64,000 nucleotides of DNA from a virus (lineage: Duplodnaviria > Caudoviricetes): the IMG/VR virus record IMGVR_UViG_3300043786_001086; one strand, written 5' to 3'. Position numbers and translations under genes: made by a program. Each line of letters starts with the position of its first letter. Position 1 is the first letter of the stretch. Shown here in pieces: positions 47,315 to 57,788 of the stretch. Below the pieces are notes generated by a model that saw only the letters and a program-made list of their open reading frames with translations, was not told the origin of the DNA and did not search any database.

Positions 47315-47992
47315 CTATTTAAATTTCCATTTATATCCTCCCGCACTTCGTCTTTGGTTATTACAAACCATCCTAATTGTGTTTCGGTTAATTAATAAAT
47401 ATTCAGATACTTCTTTTAATGACTTCCATTCAGCAACAAATTCACCATCTATTGTAAGTTGAATAACTGGTTTATATTTAGACTCAACACAAAATAATGA
47501 TTGTTTTTTACCAAACATAGGATTTTTACCCCCTGTTCTACTTTTAGATAGTTTTTTTCTACCTTCTTCTGTTAATTTTCTTTTTTTCGCCGATTCCGAC
47601 ATCAATTTAATAGTTTCATCAGAAAATTTTCTATTTTTTAATTTCTCGGATATTTTTCTATTTGATTCAGGGCCATAATTACCCCCATCACCACCGTTAG
47701 TTAAATTATATAAATTAAATCCCCACGATTTAAATAACCCAATCCAATATTTTTCCCAAAATGACCATTCTGAAAACGGAATAACATCTAATATTTCTAA
47801 AATTGGTTTTTTATCTATCGAAATTAATTTTTTAATCCAATTATTTTTTTTTGTAATAGTATGTTTGTGTTTTCTTATATGTTCAATATACCTTTTAGGT
47901 GGGTTATCCGATTTACCAATATATTTAATACTAAAGTTTATAGGATCTTTCAAGCAATATATATAACTAATAATTGTTGATTGATCATTCAT
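47315..47992 (-). mobile_element. Free-standing GIY-YIG homing endonuclease with NUMOD3 and NUMOD1-like DNA-binding modules
   Basis: YIYCL...KYIGKS.NP.KR..EH, E..WI; KNPMFGK; KPVIQ...G....W.S...AGGYKWKF. Confidence 0.9.
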
Positions 47993-48019
47993 ATTGACAT
48001 GTATTTTTATATATAAATA

Positions 48020-48487
48020 CTAAAGAGTTTCAGTTTCTTTTTTAAGGGGTTTTAGATTTCCGTTTTTAGTTAGATAAAATTTGAAATATTTGTTTTTATT
48101 CATCACGTCTGAATATATACATTTAACCAAATTTTTTACAAGTTTTTTAAGTTTTGGTGATTTGAAATCAATTTCTTCTATTAAGAATAGATTCATTTCT
48201 AAGTTTAAAAATGATTTCTTTTTTGTTTGTAGACCACTTGTTCTCAGATCAAAATCTACAATAAATTTTGTGTCAAAAAATTCTTTGTTTATATTTTCTA
48301 AAATTGTGTGTTTAACCGACCTTGTCATGTTTAAAATTATTCGGTTCCAATTTTCGAATTCATCTTTTGGTTCTACCCAAGTTTGAATATTAATAAAGAT
48401 TGATTTTAAGTTTGTGGAATCAATCGTTCCAAATTGTGATTTAAAGGATTTATATCCAACCAATTTTACGGTCTTCCCTTTTTTCAT
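48020..48487 (-). CDS. Hypothetical protein
   Basis: 155-aa ORF. Confidence 0.7.
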   Translation of the reverse strand: MKKGKTVKLVGYKSFKSQFGTIDSTNLKSIFINIQTWVEPKDEFENWNRIILNMTRSVKHTILENINKEFFDTKFIVDFDLRTSGLQTKKKSFLNLEMNLFLIEEIDFKSPKLKKLVKNLVKCIYSDVMNKNKYFKFYLTKNGNLKPLKKETETL

Positions 48488-48515
48488 AAAAATTTTTCAT
48501 ATTTGTGTTGTTTAT

Positions 48516-48546
48516 TTTGTTAAATTATAAACAAATATTATATTTG
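48516..48546 (+). promoter_or_regulatory. Bacteroidota sigma70-type promoter for bS21
   Basis: TTTG (48516-48519), N19, TATATTTG (48539-48546), 18 nt before ATG 48565. Confidence 0.7.
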
Positions 48547-48564
48547 AATCAAATATTTAATTGT

Positions 48565-48750
48565 ATGTTGAAAGTTGAGGTAAAAAAAGGAAATGTTGAA
48601 AAGTCAATTAAAGACTTAAAATCAAAGGTAAATAAGACGAAACAAAATCTGATTCTTTTTGAAAGGAAAGAATTTGTAAAAAAATCTATAAAAAAAAGAT
48701 TAAAATTAAAACGGGCAATTTTTAATCAAAAATTAAAGACCTTCGTTTAA
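48565..48750 (+). CDS. rpsU: Phage-encoded ribosomal protein bS21
   Basis: MLKVEVKKGNVEKSIKDLKSKVNKTKQ...ERKEFVKKSIKKR...RAIFNQ aligns by eye with bS21 (conserved R-x-x-F-x-K-P-S, here KKS); antisense within the head module. Confidence 0.75.
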   Translation: MLKVEVKKGNVEKSIKDLKSKVNKTKQNLILFERKEFVKKSIKKRLKLKRAIFNQKLKTFV

Positions 48751-49446
48751 ATTTTTTAATTTGTAATAATTAAGTTCTGAAAAAGATTCTGTTTGAATTT
48801 TACTTAACACTTGATCGATCGTGTTTATAGTTTCTTTATCTGTTTCATTTTGTTTTTTGTTCGATAATTTTTCTAAAACTATTTTTTTCTCTTTGTTATA
48901 GTTTTCTATCAAAGTTTCTTTTGGCGTTGATAACAAAACCTTCAATTCTTTTCTTTCATTTTCATTTAAAGAAGATAAAAAACTATCAATTGTTTTATTT
49001 GCAACATTCACCATAGATTTTAAAGGAACATTGATTATTTCTTTTTGGGTTTGTCCTTTTGATTTTAGACTTTCCAAGATTACTTTTTTACTTTTAATTT
49101 TGTTTTCTAAAGTTAGGACGTTCTTTGAGAAAAGATCATCAATATTTTTGTATTTGTTTTCACATTTAACATGACCAACCCAAGCTTTTATTTCTCTAAT
49201 TTGTGTTGGTGTTACTTTGTTAATTAAATTTTCGTATGCCGTTATTGATTCAAAAATAAATTCGTTGGCTAATGACTCAGACAAACCCTTTGGTTGTTGT
49301 AGTTCATCATATAAATAAAATATTTTGGAAATATTTTTGTTTTTAAGGACTAATTCCTCAAAGACAAATAAATTATCTTTTAAATTATTTTTTTTATAAG
49401 ATTCCGTTAAATATTTTTCTATTTTTGATTTTAATTCCCCAATCAT
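48733..49446 (-). CDS. Hypothetical helical protein
   Basis: 237-aa ORF; 3' end overlaps the 3' end of bS21. Confidence 0.7.
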   Translation of the reverse strand: MIGELKSKIEKYLTESYKKNNLKDNLFVFEELVLKNKNISKIFYLYDELQQPKGLSESLANEFIFESITAYENLINKVTPTQIREIKAWVGHVKCENKYKNIDDLFSKNVLTLENKIKSKKVILESLKSKGQTQKEIINVPLKSMVNVANKTIDSFLSSLNENERKELKVLLSTPKETLIENYNKEKKIVLEKLSNKKQNETDKETINTIDQVLSKIQTESFSELNYYKLKNLNEGL

Positions 49447-49482
49447 AATTTCTTTTTGTTATATAAATATCTAATAAAAAAA

Positions 49483-52251
49483 TTAATCACCTAAAAGTTT
49501 TGATAATTCATCGGTTACCTCACCTAAAGTGTTATTAACTTTTTGAAAATCTAAAAATTCGTCTTCATCAAAATCATCAATTTCTGATTCTAATATGAGT
49601 TTGTTTTTATCCTTTCTTATTGATTCAGGAATTGGGGGTGCTCCTCCTTCTTCTCCTCCCGCTGGTGGTGGAGGTGGTGCTCCTCCTTCTCCTCCCGCTG
49701 GTGGAGCGGCAGCTCCTCCTGCAGATGCAGTTCCTCCAGTTACGGTTTTGTATAATCTATCAACCGTATCAAAAATACCTGTTTTTGTAATAATAGTTGC
49801 CGTATTATCAAGTTCAGCGGCAACTGCTCGTTCCATTCTGATTTGGTTAAGTTCGACTTTGATTTCATCATCAGAAAAACCAAAAATATGTTTTTTCGCC
49901 CATGTTGCTGAAGTAGGCTGAATTGATTTAGCAATTTCAGACACCATATCTTTATATAATATCACCTTTTCTTTCCAAACGTCAATCATTAATAAATCTG
50001 CTTGTTTAGATGGGTTTGTAAGTTGTAACGTAAAGTTTGATAACTCATCCTCAAATCCCATAAGAAATAAGTGAATGATTGCAATTTTATTCATCTCAGC
50101 AATTGCCGATTTTTGAATTCTATTGATTGTTCTTGCAAAACGAATATCCAATAGTGATAAGTTTTTACCATCACCTACAGGTTCCTCAAAACCTAAATAC
50201 GCTTTAGGAATACGAAGTGCTGTAACCAATTTCTTTTGGATATACTCAATATCTGCGATTTCTGAAAGGTTAGTTGCTCCCGGTAATGTCTCAATTGGAC
50301 TTGCTTGAGCGGCGTCTCTTACAGGAATAAAATAATCTTGATCCACTGCCATTTGGTTAAATCTTAAATCCACATTTCCTGTTTTTCTATCAACAATTTG
50401 ATCTCTTTTAAATTTGTTTGCAACTCTTTGAACATATGGCTCAACATCTTTGTCATCCATGTTACCAACGAAAACTTTGAAAACTCTCCTTTCGGGTGCT
50501 CTTGATGTTCTATAGATTAACATCGCATCTTCAGACAATACTAATTGTTTCCAAATACGACGAGCCTTTTCTAACATTGATGTTCCATAAGGAAGTTTTC
50601 TATCATCACCCAACAATCTAAAGTGGGCAACCTCCCAAGTATTAAATTCGGCTTCCCTTGCTTTCCACGCAAATTTCAAGGCCTTTCTATTAACATTAAT
50701 TGTCGCGTTATATGTTCTTGAATCAATACCTCTTTCTAATCTTTCGATTTCGATGTTTGGTAATTGAAGGCATCCTGTAACCCCTTTTTCAGGGTCTAAT
50801 TTCAGATAAACAAAATTATCACCATATTTACACATGTTTCTAATCCACATCGGTAAATTAGTGTTTATGTCTAATGTATTAACAAATAAATCAACTAAAA
50901 TACTTTTGATTCTTTTTGATTCAGAATATACTTGTAAAATATAACCATTTTGATCTGGGGTAGTTGATTCTTCAGCGTATATGTCAAGTGCGGTTGAGAT
51001 TTCGGGAGTGTTATGTGAAAAAATTGAGTCTGTAGCAAAATTTTTATATCCAGGAACAGTCAAATCATAAACAGGCACAACACCATGAGGTTCAATTGAT
51101 ACTATTTTATGGTTTAAGTTAATTATATCTTTTTTTGCTTTAGCTGTTGAGTATGGTGATTTCTGTATTCCGTATGCGGTTAAAAAAGTTCCCCAATCTT
51201 GATATCCATTTGAAACGATTTCTCTTTGTAACTTTCGGTAAGATACATTTAATTGTTTAGCGGTTCCCTTCAAGGTTTTTATTTTTCTTGCAGTTTCAAT
51301 AATGTTATCCCAACCTATTTTTATGTAAGCTGGATTTTTATCACCACTTCGTCTTCCACCCCAAACTAATTTACCCTTTCTTTTTGCGACTTCAGACATT
51401 TTGTTTCTATAATCAGGATTAGACCATAATTTTTCGTTATTTAGTCTTGCATGATATGCTCTGTGTTCAGATATCTTCATTATTTGTAGGTTTTCAGGTA
51501 AATTATTTTTACCATCAAAATCAATATGATGCACTTCCTCGTCTTCGTTTACTTTAACATCATAAAACCATTCAGCAACTAAATTGTGTTCTGAAACCCA
51601 ACCATTATGACCCTCTACAGAATTACAAGTGTAAACCCAATTATATTTCTTGTTATTATAAAAAGATTTACGATAAAATGGCATCATTGAATCTCCAGGC
51701 TTTAAATTCATAACCCGTTCAAATGAACCATCTCTTTTCATAAATTGGTGTTCCCATGTTGCAATAATATGACTACCGTCATCAAACGTGACTTTATATG
51801 TCATTTCATCTCTAGTATAATGGGCGTTTCTAGCTACTGCGGGAACTACTTTTTTAAGGTTATGATCATATGCATAAGTAATAAATTCATAATCCCTACC
51901 TTTTTCCGATAACTCTTTAATTGTGATAAAACCGTTCGGGGTTGCAATTTTAGTATCTCCCGCCAAACAATATTCCATTGATTCGTAATCGTAAAACGCC
52001 GCCAATCTTGTTGGTTCATAATAAACCGCTTGGGTATATAAATTGTTTTCAACTTTCGCCCAATTGGTGCTTAGATATAAAGATTGTTGATTTTGGAGTT
52101 TTGCCCTTTCATACTCAGCTTTATCTTGAGTTTTTAAAATTTCTTTTTTATCTAGTTTGTAGTCTGGTCTTCCTTGACCTAAGGTGCTATCAGGACCAAA
52201 AGTCTTGGAAAGTTTTTGCCAAACTGTTAGATTTTGATTGTTATTTTCCAT
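49483..52251 (-). CDS. gp20: Portal protein, T4 gp20-like, containing an intein
   Basis: YESME|TPEI..ALDIYAEE, RL...YGTSMLE.ARRIWKQL.L.EDAMLIYR.SRAPERRVF, DYFIPVR, LPG..NL.EIADI.Y..KKL..AL.IP. Confidence 0.95.
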   Translation of the reverse strand: MENNNQNLTVWQKLSKTFGPDSTLGQGRPDYKLDKKEILKTQDKAEYERAKLQNQQSLYLSTNWAKVENNLYTQAVYYEPTRLAAFYDYESMEYCLAGDTKIATPNGFITIKELSEKGRDYEFITYAYDHNLKKVVPAVARNAHYTRDEMTYKVTFDDGSHIIATWEHQFMKRDGSFERVMNLKPGDSMMPFYRKSFYNNKKYNWVYTCNSVEGHNGWVSEHNLVAEWFYDVKVNEDEEVHHIDFDGKNNLPENLQIMKISEHRAYHARLNNEKLWSNPDYRNKMSEVAKRKGKLVWGGRRSGDKNPAYIKIGWDNIIETARKIKTLKGTAKQLNVSYRKLQREIVSNGYQDWGTFLTAYGIQKSPYSTAKAKKDIINLNHKIVSIEPHGVVPVYDLTVPGYKNFATDSIFSHNTPEISTALDIYAEESTTPDQNGYILQVYSESKRIKSILVDLFVNTLDINTNLPMWIRNMCKYGDNFVYLKLDPEKGVTGCLQLPNIEIERLERGIDSRTYNATINVNRKALKFAWKAREAEFNTWEVAHFRLLGDDRKLPYGTSMLEKARRIWKQLVLSEDAMLIYRTSRAPERRVFKVFVGNMDDKDVEPYVQRVANKFKRDQIVDRKTGNVDLRFNQMAVDQDYFIPVRDAAQASPIETLPGATNLSEIADIEYIQKKLVTALRIPKAYLGFEEPVGDGKNLSLLDIRFARTINRIQKSAIAEMNKIAIIHLFLMGFEDELSNFTLQLTNPSKQADLLMIDVWKEKVILYKDMVSEIAKSIQPTSATWAKKHIFGFSDDEIKVELNQIRMERAVAAELDNTATIITKTGIFDTVDRLYKTVTGGTASAGGAAAPPAGGEGGAPPPPPAGGEEGGAPPIPESIRKDKNKLILESEIDDFDEDEFLDFQKVNNTLGEVTDELSKLLGD
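51010..51969 (-). mobile_element. 320-aa intein with HNH homing endonuclease domain
   Basis: Starts CLAGDTKIATPNG (Cys codon 51967-51969); block B TWEHQF; HNH VHHIDFDGKNNLPENL; ends VYDLTV...NFAT..IFSHN (Asn codon 51010-51012); +1 residue Thr. Confidence 0.95.
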
Positions 52252-52300
52252 ATTAATAATTTAACTATAGATATAAATATTTCAATAGTGTTTTATATAA

Positions 52301-53221
52301 TTATGGTGCGGGTGTTGTTGTTATTGGATTTGAAATTTTATATGTTTTACTACTCGAACTTGGGCTTCCCATAGAAAAACCGTCTGTATAAGGTGTAGTA
52401 AACGATGGGAATAAACATGGATTCGAACTCGTAAAGTTATTTGTTGTCAAATATATATTAGTTCCTGAACTATCTCTTACTTGGACATAAACAAACGAAC
52501 CAACAGGAACCGTTATTGTTCCATATAAAGTGTTAGATGGACAAAAAGGTAAAGTTTGTGATAAGCCTAACTGTAACCATGTTTGTCCAAGTGGGAATGG
52601 TTGCGTTCCGTCATATGTTGCAGATATTGCATACCATACAGTCGCATCTGTGGATGGAATAAATGAGTCCGCGGCAACTCGAACACTGAGATATCCTACA
52701 ATAGGGCTTGGTGTTGGTGTGACTGTATTTGTTGGTGTGACTGTATTTGTTGGTGTAATAGTTGGTGTAACTGTATTTGTTGGTGTAATAGTTGGTGTAA
52801 CGGTTGGTGTATTTGTTGGTGTTAATGTAACGGTTGGTGTTGGTGTAAGGGTCGGGGTAGGTGTAAGGGTCGGTGAATTCGTTGGTGTTAATGTGACAGT
52901 TGGTGTTGGTGTAAGGGTTGGTGTGCTAGTTAGTGTGATTGAAGGTGTTACTGTTGGAGTTATAGTTGGGGTAGGAGTTATTGTTGATGTCACACTTGGT
53001 GTAGGTGTTGGGGTTTTAGTCGGTGTTATAGTTGGTGTTGGAGTTGGGTCTGGTGTTAAAAATGGTAATATTTGTTCTAATAAAACGATATCTCTTGGGG
53101 CAGATTTTTTGTATTGAAACGTAGGTTGAAATACCTTTTGTCCTGTAGTGATTTGTCCTGGCACAACAAGTTTTGACCCATTAGCAATTCGTCCTGAAGT
53201 TTTTCTAAAATCTAATCCCAT
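52301..53221 (-). CDS. Mucin-like Pro-Thr-rich putative virion protein
   Basis: About 120-aa (PT)n tract with 30-nt DNA repeats between short N- and C-terminal domains. Confidence 0.7.
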   Translation of the reverse strand: MGLDFRKTSGRIANGSKLVVPGQITTGQKVFQPTFQYKKSAPRDIVLLEQILPFLTPDPTPTPTITPTKTPTPTPSVTSTITPTPTITPTVTPSITLTSTPTLTPTPTVTLTPTNSPTLTPTPTLTPTPTVTLTPTNTPTVTPTITPTNTVTPTITPTNTVTPTNTVTPTPSPIVGYLSVRVAADSFIPSTDATVWYAISATYDGTQPFPLGQTWLQLGLSQTLPFCPSNTLYGTITVPVGSFVYVQVRDSSGTNIYLTTNNFTSSNPCLFPSFTTPYTDGFSMGSPSSSSKTYKISNPITTTPAP

Positions 53222-53225
53222 TTTT

Positions 53226-55004
53226 TTATCTTATTATACCACCAAATAACCATCCGTATTTTTGATAGTCGTCCTTTGATGCACCATTATTGTTTATTGA
53301 TGACCTTTCATTCAAAAAGTTTTGATTTGGAATCATGGGGTCAAAATGTGTTTCCTTTTTAACTGATTCGTTATTTACAATTGCCCATGAATCGATCATA
53401 ATTTTTGCTTGTTCAGTCGCCTTTTCTAATTTAGAAAAGGAAGATTCTGCAATATAAATTGCCATAGATATACCCATAATAAGGTCATCATGCTGTCCTT
53501 TTTGATGGTCTGGTCTTCCGTTGATATATACGAAAGTATTCATCTCGTTATACAAACGAATACTTCTTATTTTAAATTTGTGTCTAACCCACTCCTCAAA
53601 AGCGGCAATTATTTGAACTCGTTTATTATTAAAGTTTATGCCAGGAATTTTTTCTGCAGAAGTTTTATTTACCGCCCACACATTAAACGGATCAATCCCA
53701 TCAACATATAAACTTTTGTATCCAAGTTCTTGCATTTTTCTAACCGTTGTTATACCCATACCTCCGGTAATATCGACAACCACAAAGGCGTTATACATCA
53801 TTCCCCACTTATAAGCAACCTCAGCCAAAGTATCAGGAGGTATTTTTCCAACATATTCTAAAACTTGTTCTCTCTCATCAAAATCGATAACTTGAATTGA
53901 TGAAAAGTCTTCACTATCCCCACGAGAAACGTCGACCCCCATAATGTATTTATGACCTTCTATCGGTTCTTTCCATATCCATAAAGCGTTACCCATTAAT
54001 TTAGAAGGGGCATCCATTAACGAGTTATTTTTAATATCTTCAAGTTGTTTGTTATCAAAAACATTATCTCCCGACCCAAGAAACTCACAATTTAACTCCT
54101 GATTAATTTTTCTTTTATCGTATTTAAGTTTTTTAACCATTTTTTCATACCAAGATGAACATGGTTTATATCCTTGATTAAAAAACATTTGTAATTCTTG
54201 ATAATCTCTCTCATATGGATCGACATGTGCAAAAGAAACATTTTTTGAATCATCAAATTCTTCTTTATTTAAAAGGTAATGTATCAAATCATCGGTGGGA
54301 ACTAAATAAAGATCTTTTGCATATCTTGGGTCTCTATACCAAAACATTTCAGAGATTTTGAAATTGTTCATTCCCTTTAATGACTGATCATATATTTCAT
54401 AATAAATTGGGTCGTATCCGTTAGGAGTAGAAACCACGATTACCTTACCACCCGTAGATAAGGACGCCATACAGGCAGCCCAGAAATCACTATCGGCCTC
54501 AATAAACGCCGCCTCATCGAATACAAGAATAGTTGGTGTAAATCCACGAAGTGCATCTTTTGATGTTGCAACCGCCTTAACTTCGGACCCATTTGTTAGT
54601 TTGTAATGTCTTTGTGAATTTTTTTCGGCAGCAAAACCAGCGCCAACCCAAGATGGCCATTGATCAACAAATGCTCTAATTTTATTTGCCATTTCCATTG
54701 ACGTATCAAGTTTGTTGGCAATAATCAATATTTTTTCAGGTTGATTTTTCTTGGCAAATACCAATCTTTTTGAAATCCAAGCTGCGGTTACGGTAGAAAC
54801 TCCAGCTTGTCTATATTTCAAGGCAATATTTTCTTCGTAATCCTCATAGTCTTTTAGAAGTGAAATTTGATCTGGAAACAATTCCAAAGGAACGTATTTA
54901 GAAACCGTATTGTCGTATGTTTGTAAGTATGTTCGAAGAGCATATGGGGTATCTTGAAGACACTTCACATATTCGATCATTACTTGTTCTTTAGTTAAAC
55001 CCAT
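53226..55004 (-). CDS. gp17: Terminase large subunit, T4 gp17-like
   Basis: KYRQAGVST (Walker A), VFDEAAF (Walker B), STPNG, QELNCEF, GVDVSRG.SED.S, HDDL.M. Confidence 0.97.
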   Translation of the reverse strand: MGLTKEQVMIEYVKCLQDTPYALRTYLQTYDNTVSKYVPLELFPDQISLLKDYEDYEENIALKYRQAGVSTVTAAWISKRLVFAKKNQPEKILIIANKLDTSMEMANKIRAFVDQWPSWVGAGFAAEKNSQRHYKLTNGSEVKAVATSKDALRGFTPTILVFDEAAFIEADSDFWAACMASLSTGGKVIVVSTPNGYDPIYYEIYDQSLKGMNNFKISEMFWYRDPRYAKDLYLVPTDDLIHYLLNKEEFDDSKNVSFAHVDPYERDYQELQMFFNQGYKPCSSWYEKMVKKLKYDKRKINQELNCEFLGSGDNVFDNKQLEDIKNNSLMDAPSKLMGNALWIWKEPIEGHKYIMGVDVSRGDSEDFSSIQVIDFDEREQVLEYVGKIPPDTLAEVAYKWGMMYNAFVVVDITGGMGITTVRKMQELGYKSLYVDGIDPFNVWAVNKTSAEKIPGINFNNKRVQIIAAFEEWVRHKFKIRSIRLYNEMNTFVYINGRPDHQKGQHDDLIMGISMAIYIAESSFSKLEKATEQAKIMIDSWAIVNNESVKKETHFDPMIPNQNFLNERSSINNNGASKDDYQKYGWLFGGIIR

Positions 55005-55042
55005 ATGATATAAATATCATTTCAGGACTTTTGTTGTAAAGA

Positions 55043-55879
55043 TTACTTAAAACCAATAGAGAACATTTTACCTAATGGTAATTGCATTGGGGCTTCGTCG
55101 GAAAACATCGTTACTTTTTTTGGGTTTTTTAAAATCATATTTTCAGATTTCTTTTTTTTCGTTTGTTTTCTTTTTTCTTCCTCCAACATTTTTAATATTT
55201 GATTTTCAAGAAATTTTTGTGTTTCCTCGTTTGTTTTTTTCTTTTTGTATTTTACCGTTTTTTCGGGGTGTTTTTTTTCCGGCATGGTCTTGTATTGTTT
55301 TTTTGACGTTGAGTCAGAAAATTCTTTTGCCATTTTACACCACTTACAATCTTTTGAAGAACACTTATTACATCGTGCCCAAAATAAACCTTGTTGAGCC
55401 TTAGATTCGAACTTTTCGTTTAATGTAGATTCTGACATACCCATATCAGATCTATCAGTATCTGAATCGTCATCCATACCATCGGGGGCCATATCACTTG
55501 CCATATGTGGGGCTTCTTGACCTGTATATTTTTGTAACTCAACATCACCTTGAGCGTTTGCTGACGAAACATTATCAACATCACCTTCCGTTATTTCTTC
55601 TGTTTTTTCACCACCTTTTCTAATAACAACTTTACCACCTTGCATTGATATATTTGTCCCATCAACACTAATACCTGTTTTTTGAACGTCTGCTAAATCG
55701 GCAGTAATTTTTTCACCAGGAGGAATTGTGGTCTTGACAACCGCTTCTTTATTTTCCTGTTTTTTTAACTTTTTAAATCTTTCAACCATAAGGTTTATTT
55801 GATTTTCATTCATTTTTGAAATGGTGTTTTTGGACACCCCACTTTCAATAAGAAAATTAATTTTTTTATTATTTTTCAT
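55043..55879 (-). CDS. Hypothetical protein, possible internal head protein
   Basis: Likely start ATG 55879 (MKNNKKINFLIESG); LNEKFESKAQQ motif, basic C-terminus. Confidence 0.65.
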   Translation of the reverse strand: MKNNKKINFLIESGVSKNTISKMNENQINLMVERFKKLKKQENKEAVVKTTIPPGEKITADLADVQKTGISVDGTNISMQGGKVVIRKGGEKTEEITEGDVDNVSSANAQGDVELQKYTGQEAPHMASDMAPDGMDDDSDTDRSDMGMSESTLNEKFESKAQQGLFWARCNKCSSKDCKWCKMAKEFSDSTSKKQYKTMPEKKHPEKTVKYKKKKTNEETQKFLENQILKMLEEEKRKQTKKKKSENMILKNPKKVTMFSDEAPMQLPLGKMFSIGFK

Positions 55880-56276
55880 AAACAACTTCTTTTTCAAATT
55901 GTAATACTATATCTCTTTCATATAGTTTGTCTTTAACACTATTTTCGTTTTCTCCGAAATGAAAAACCAATCTTTTAATTATTGAAAAATCTTTTTCGTT
56001 GTCTTCTTTTTCCCACCCTAATGCAATTACTCCATCCATGGAATCGATCACCGAAAATACATCAGAGTCTTGAACCAAGTCAAACTCAACTTTCTCATTA
56101 ATTAAGGTTCCAACTTTTTTAATATATTCTAAATCGGGAGGTGATGGATAACCATTAGCAGGTTTTGATTCCCAATTTTCACCAAAAACTTCTAACGTAT
56201 CAGAAAATATAAATTCATAAATATTATCACCCTTATAGTTGGGTCCAAGTCCATTTATATAAACTAAATAATTCAT
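55869..56276 (-). CDS. Hypothetical protein
   Basis: 135-aa ORF coupled to neighbours. Confidence 0.7.
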   Translation of the reverse strand: MNYLVYINGLGPNYKGDNIYEFIFSDTLEVFGENWESKPANGYPSPPDLEYIKKVGTLINEKVEFDLVQDSDVFSVIDSMDGVIALGWEKEDNEKDFSIIKRLVFHFGENENSVKDKLYERDIVLQFEKEVVYEK

Positions 56277-57712
56277 ATCAATTTACCCGATTTAGTTATT
56301 TTTACTTCGTTGATACCTTCTTTAAAAATCAAATTACCTTTTGTTGATAGACCCATAAGTTTCACTCTTGGGTTTTCTCTAATATAATCTAATGCGGTAT
56401 TTAATTGTTCGGTAGATTCAGATAATCTTACAATATTTTGTTTGTTTAATTTGTAAGTCTCATTTGTTTTTCTTTCTTTTTTTAACCCATAATTTTTTAC
56501 TTCGGATTCAGTAAATATAAAATACTTCGATAATAACTTATCCACCTTTGATTCTGCAAATGTTCCGTGTTCAAATCTATCGACGTTTGGATAATGTTTT
56601 CTTCCTTTTCTTCTTTCACGACCATATTCGTCATCATCAAATTCTGAAATATCCTCGTGTTGTAATTTTTTTGACATACCAGAAGCCAAGGCTCCACCCA
56701 TATAATCATTAAACGCATCAACAAATTTTGGGTAACCTTCGGTCATTTCAGGTTCTTGTGGTGGTTCAGGAGAGACGCCAGGTTCAACTTCAGTATCTTC
56801 TTCTTCAAATGAAACCTCTTCCTCACCTTCTTCTTCTGACCCTTCCAATTTAGAAATTATTTGCTCAACGTCATCTTCATCTAAGGCATCCACATCAATT
56901 GCCGATAATATAGAGTTGATAATATACTTGATTTCTTTGTTTGAGAGATCCTTTTCTTCCTCGTAGGATCTAATTTTTTGTGCCAATTTTCCAACCAAAA
57001 TTTGAATTCGTTTTAAATCTGAAACTTTTTTTTCTTTTGGTTTTTCCTCAACATCAATTTCTTCTTCAGATTCTATTTCAGTTGGCATTTCAGTTGGCAT
57101 TTCGGTTGGCATTTCACCACTTTCTTCACCACCCATATCAGTTGGCATTTCACCACCCATTTCAGGAGGTGCTCCAGCACCCATGTCTGCCGGTGGAGGT
57201 GCTCCAGCACCCATGTCTGCCGGTGGAGGAGGTGTTGCTCCCATATCGGCAGGTGGAGGAGGTGTTGCTCCCATATCGGCAGGTGGAGGAGGGGGTGTAG
57301 TGTCCCCACCTTCATCAGATTCTTTCTTTTTTTTAGTCTTTAGAACGAACTTTTTTTTTTGCTCGCCAATTAGCGAGGTTCCTTCTTCATTTTCGTGTAG
57401 AACGTTGATTTCTTTGGTCATCAAGTTCAATCGTTTAAGAGCTTGTGAGTATGCGTTATAATATCTTCTTGCCTTCATAGGTTCAATATATTCAGACTCA
57501 GATTCATTAATCGCCAATTTGATTATATAACCTTGTCTTTCTTTTTCAATACGATAAACATTACCGTCAGCCAAGTTGATACTATATTCTGTGGATTTAG
57601 TTTCATTTACTTGTTGAGGGATATTTTCTTTATAACGAGCAATTTCCATGATTCGTCTAAGTTTATCCATCCCCTCAAGTCTTTCACTTCCAATAGGTTT
57701 TATTCCTCCCAT
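56273..57712 (-). CDS. Acidic, Pro/Met-rich low-complexity protein, probable prohead core component
   Basis: PPPPADMG repeats, poly-Glu tracts, many I/L-x-E sites. Confidence 0.65.
   Translation of the reverse strand: MGGIKPIGSERLEGMDKLRRIMEIARYKENIPQQVNETKSTEYSINLADGNVYRIEKERQGYIIKLAINESESEYIEPMKARRYYNAYSQALKRLNLMTKEINVLHENEEGTSLIGEQKKKFVLKTKKKKESDEGGDTTPPPPPADMGATPPPPADMGATPPPPADMGAGAPPPADMGAGAPPEMGGEMPTDMGGEESGEMPTEMPTEMPTEIESEEEIDVEEKPKEKKVSDLKRIQILVGKLAQKIRSYEEEKDLSNKEIKYIINSILSAIDVDALDEDDVEQIISKLEGSEEEGEEEVSFEEEDTEVEPGVSPEPPQEPEMTEGYPKFVDAFNDYMGGALASGMSKKLQHEDISEFDDDEYGRERRKGRKHYPNVDRFEHGTFAESKVDKLLSKYFIFTESEVKNYGLKKERKTNETYKLNKQNIVRLSESTEQLNTALDYIRENPRVKLMGLSTKGNLIFKEGINEVKITKSGKLI
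57070..57300 (-). repeat. 30-nt and 12-nt coding tandem repeats (PPPPADMGAT, EMPT)
   Basis: ccatatcggcaggtggaggaggtgttgctc x2, ccatgtctgccggtggagg x2, ttcagttggcat x2-3. Confidence 0.85.
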
Positions 57713-57788
57713 GTTTTTTTATTTTAATAGAAATTATTTTTTCTTAATAAATATATCAAAATATTAAATTATTTTGATTTAGATCTAT

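Noticed and set aside
48505-48564. Longer start for bS21
   Set aside because: It would begin upstream of the predicted promoter; bS21 similarity starts at ATG 48565.
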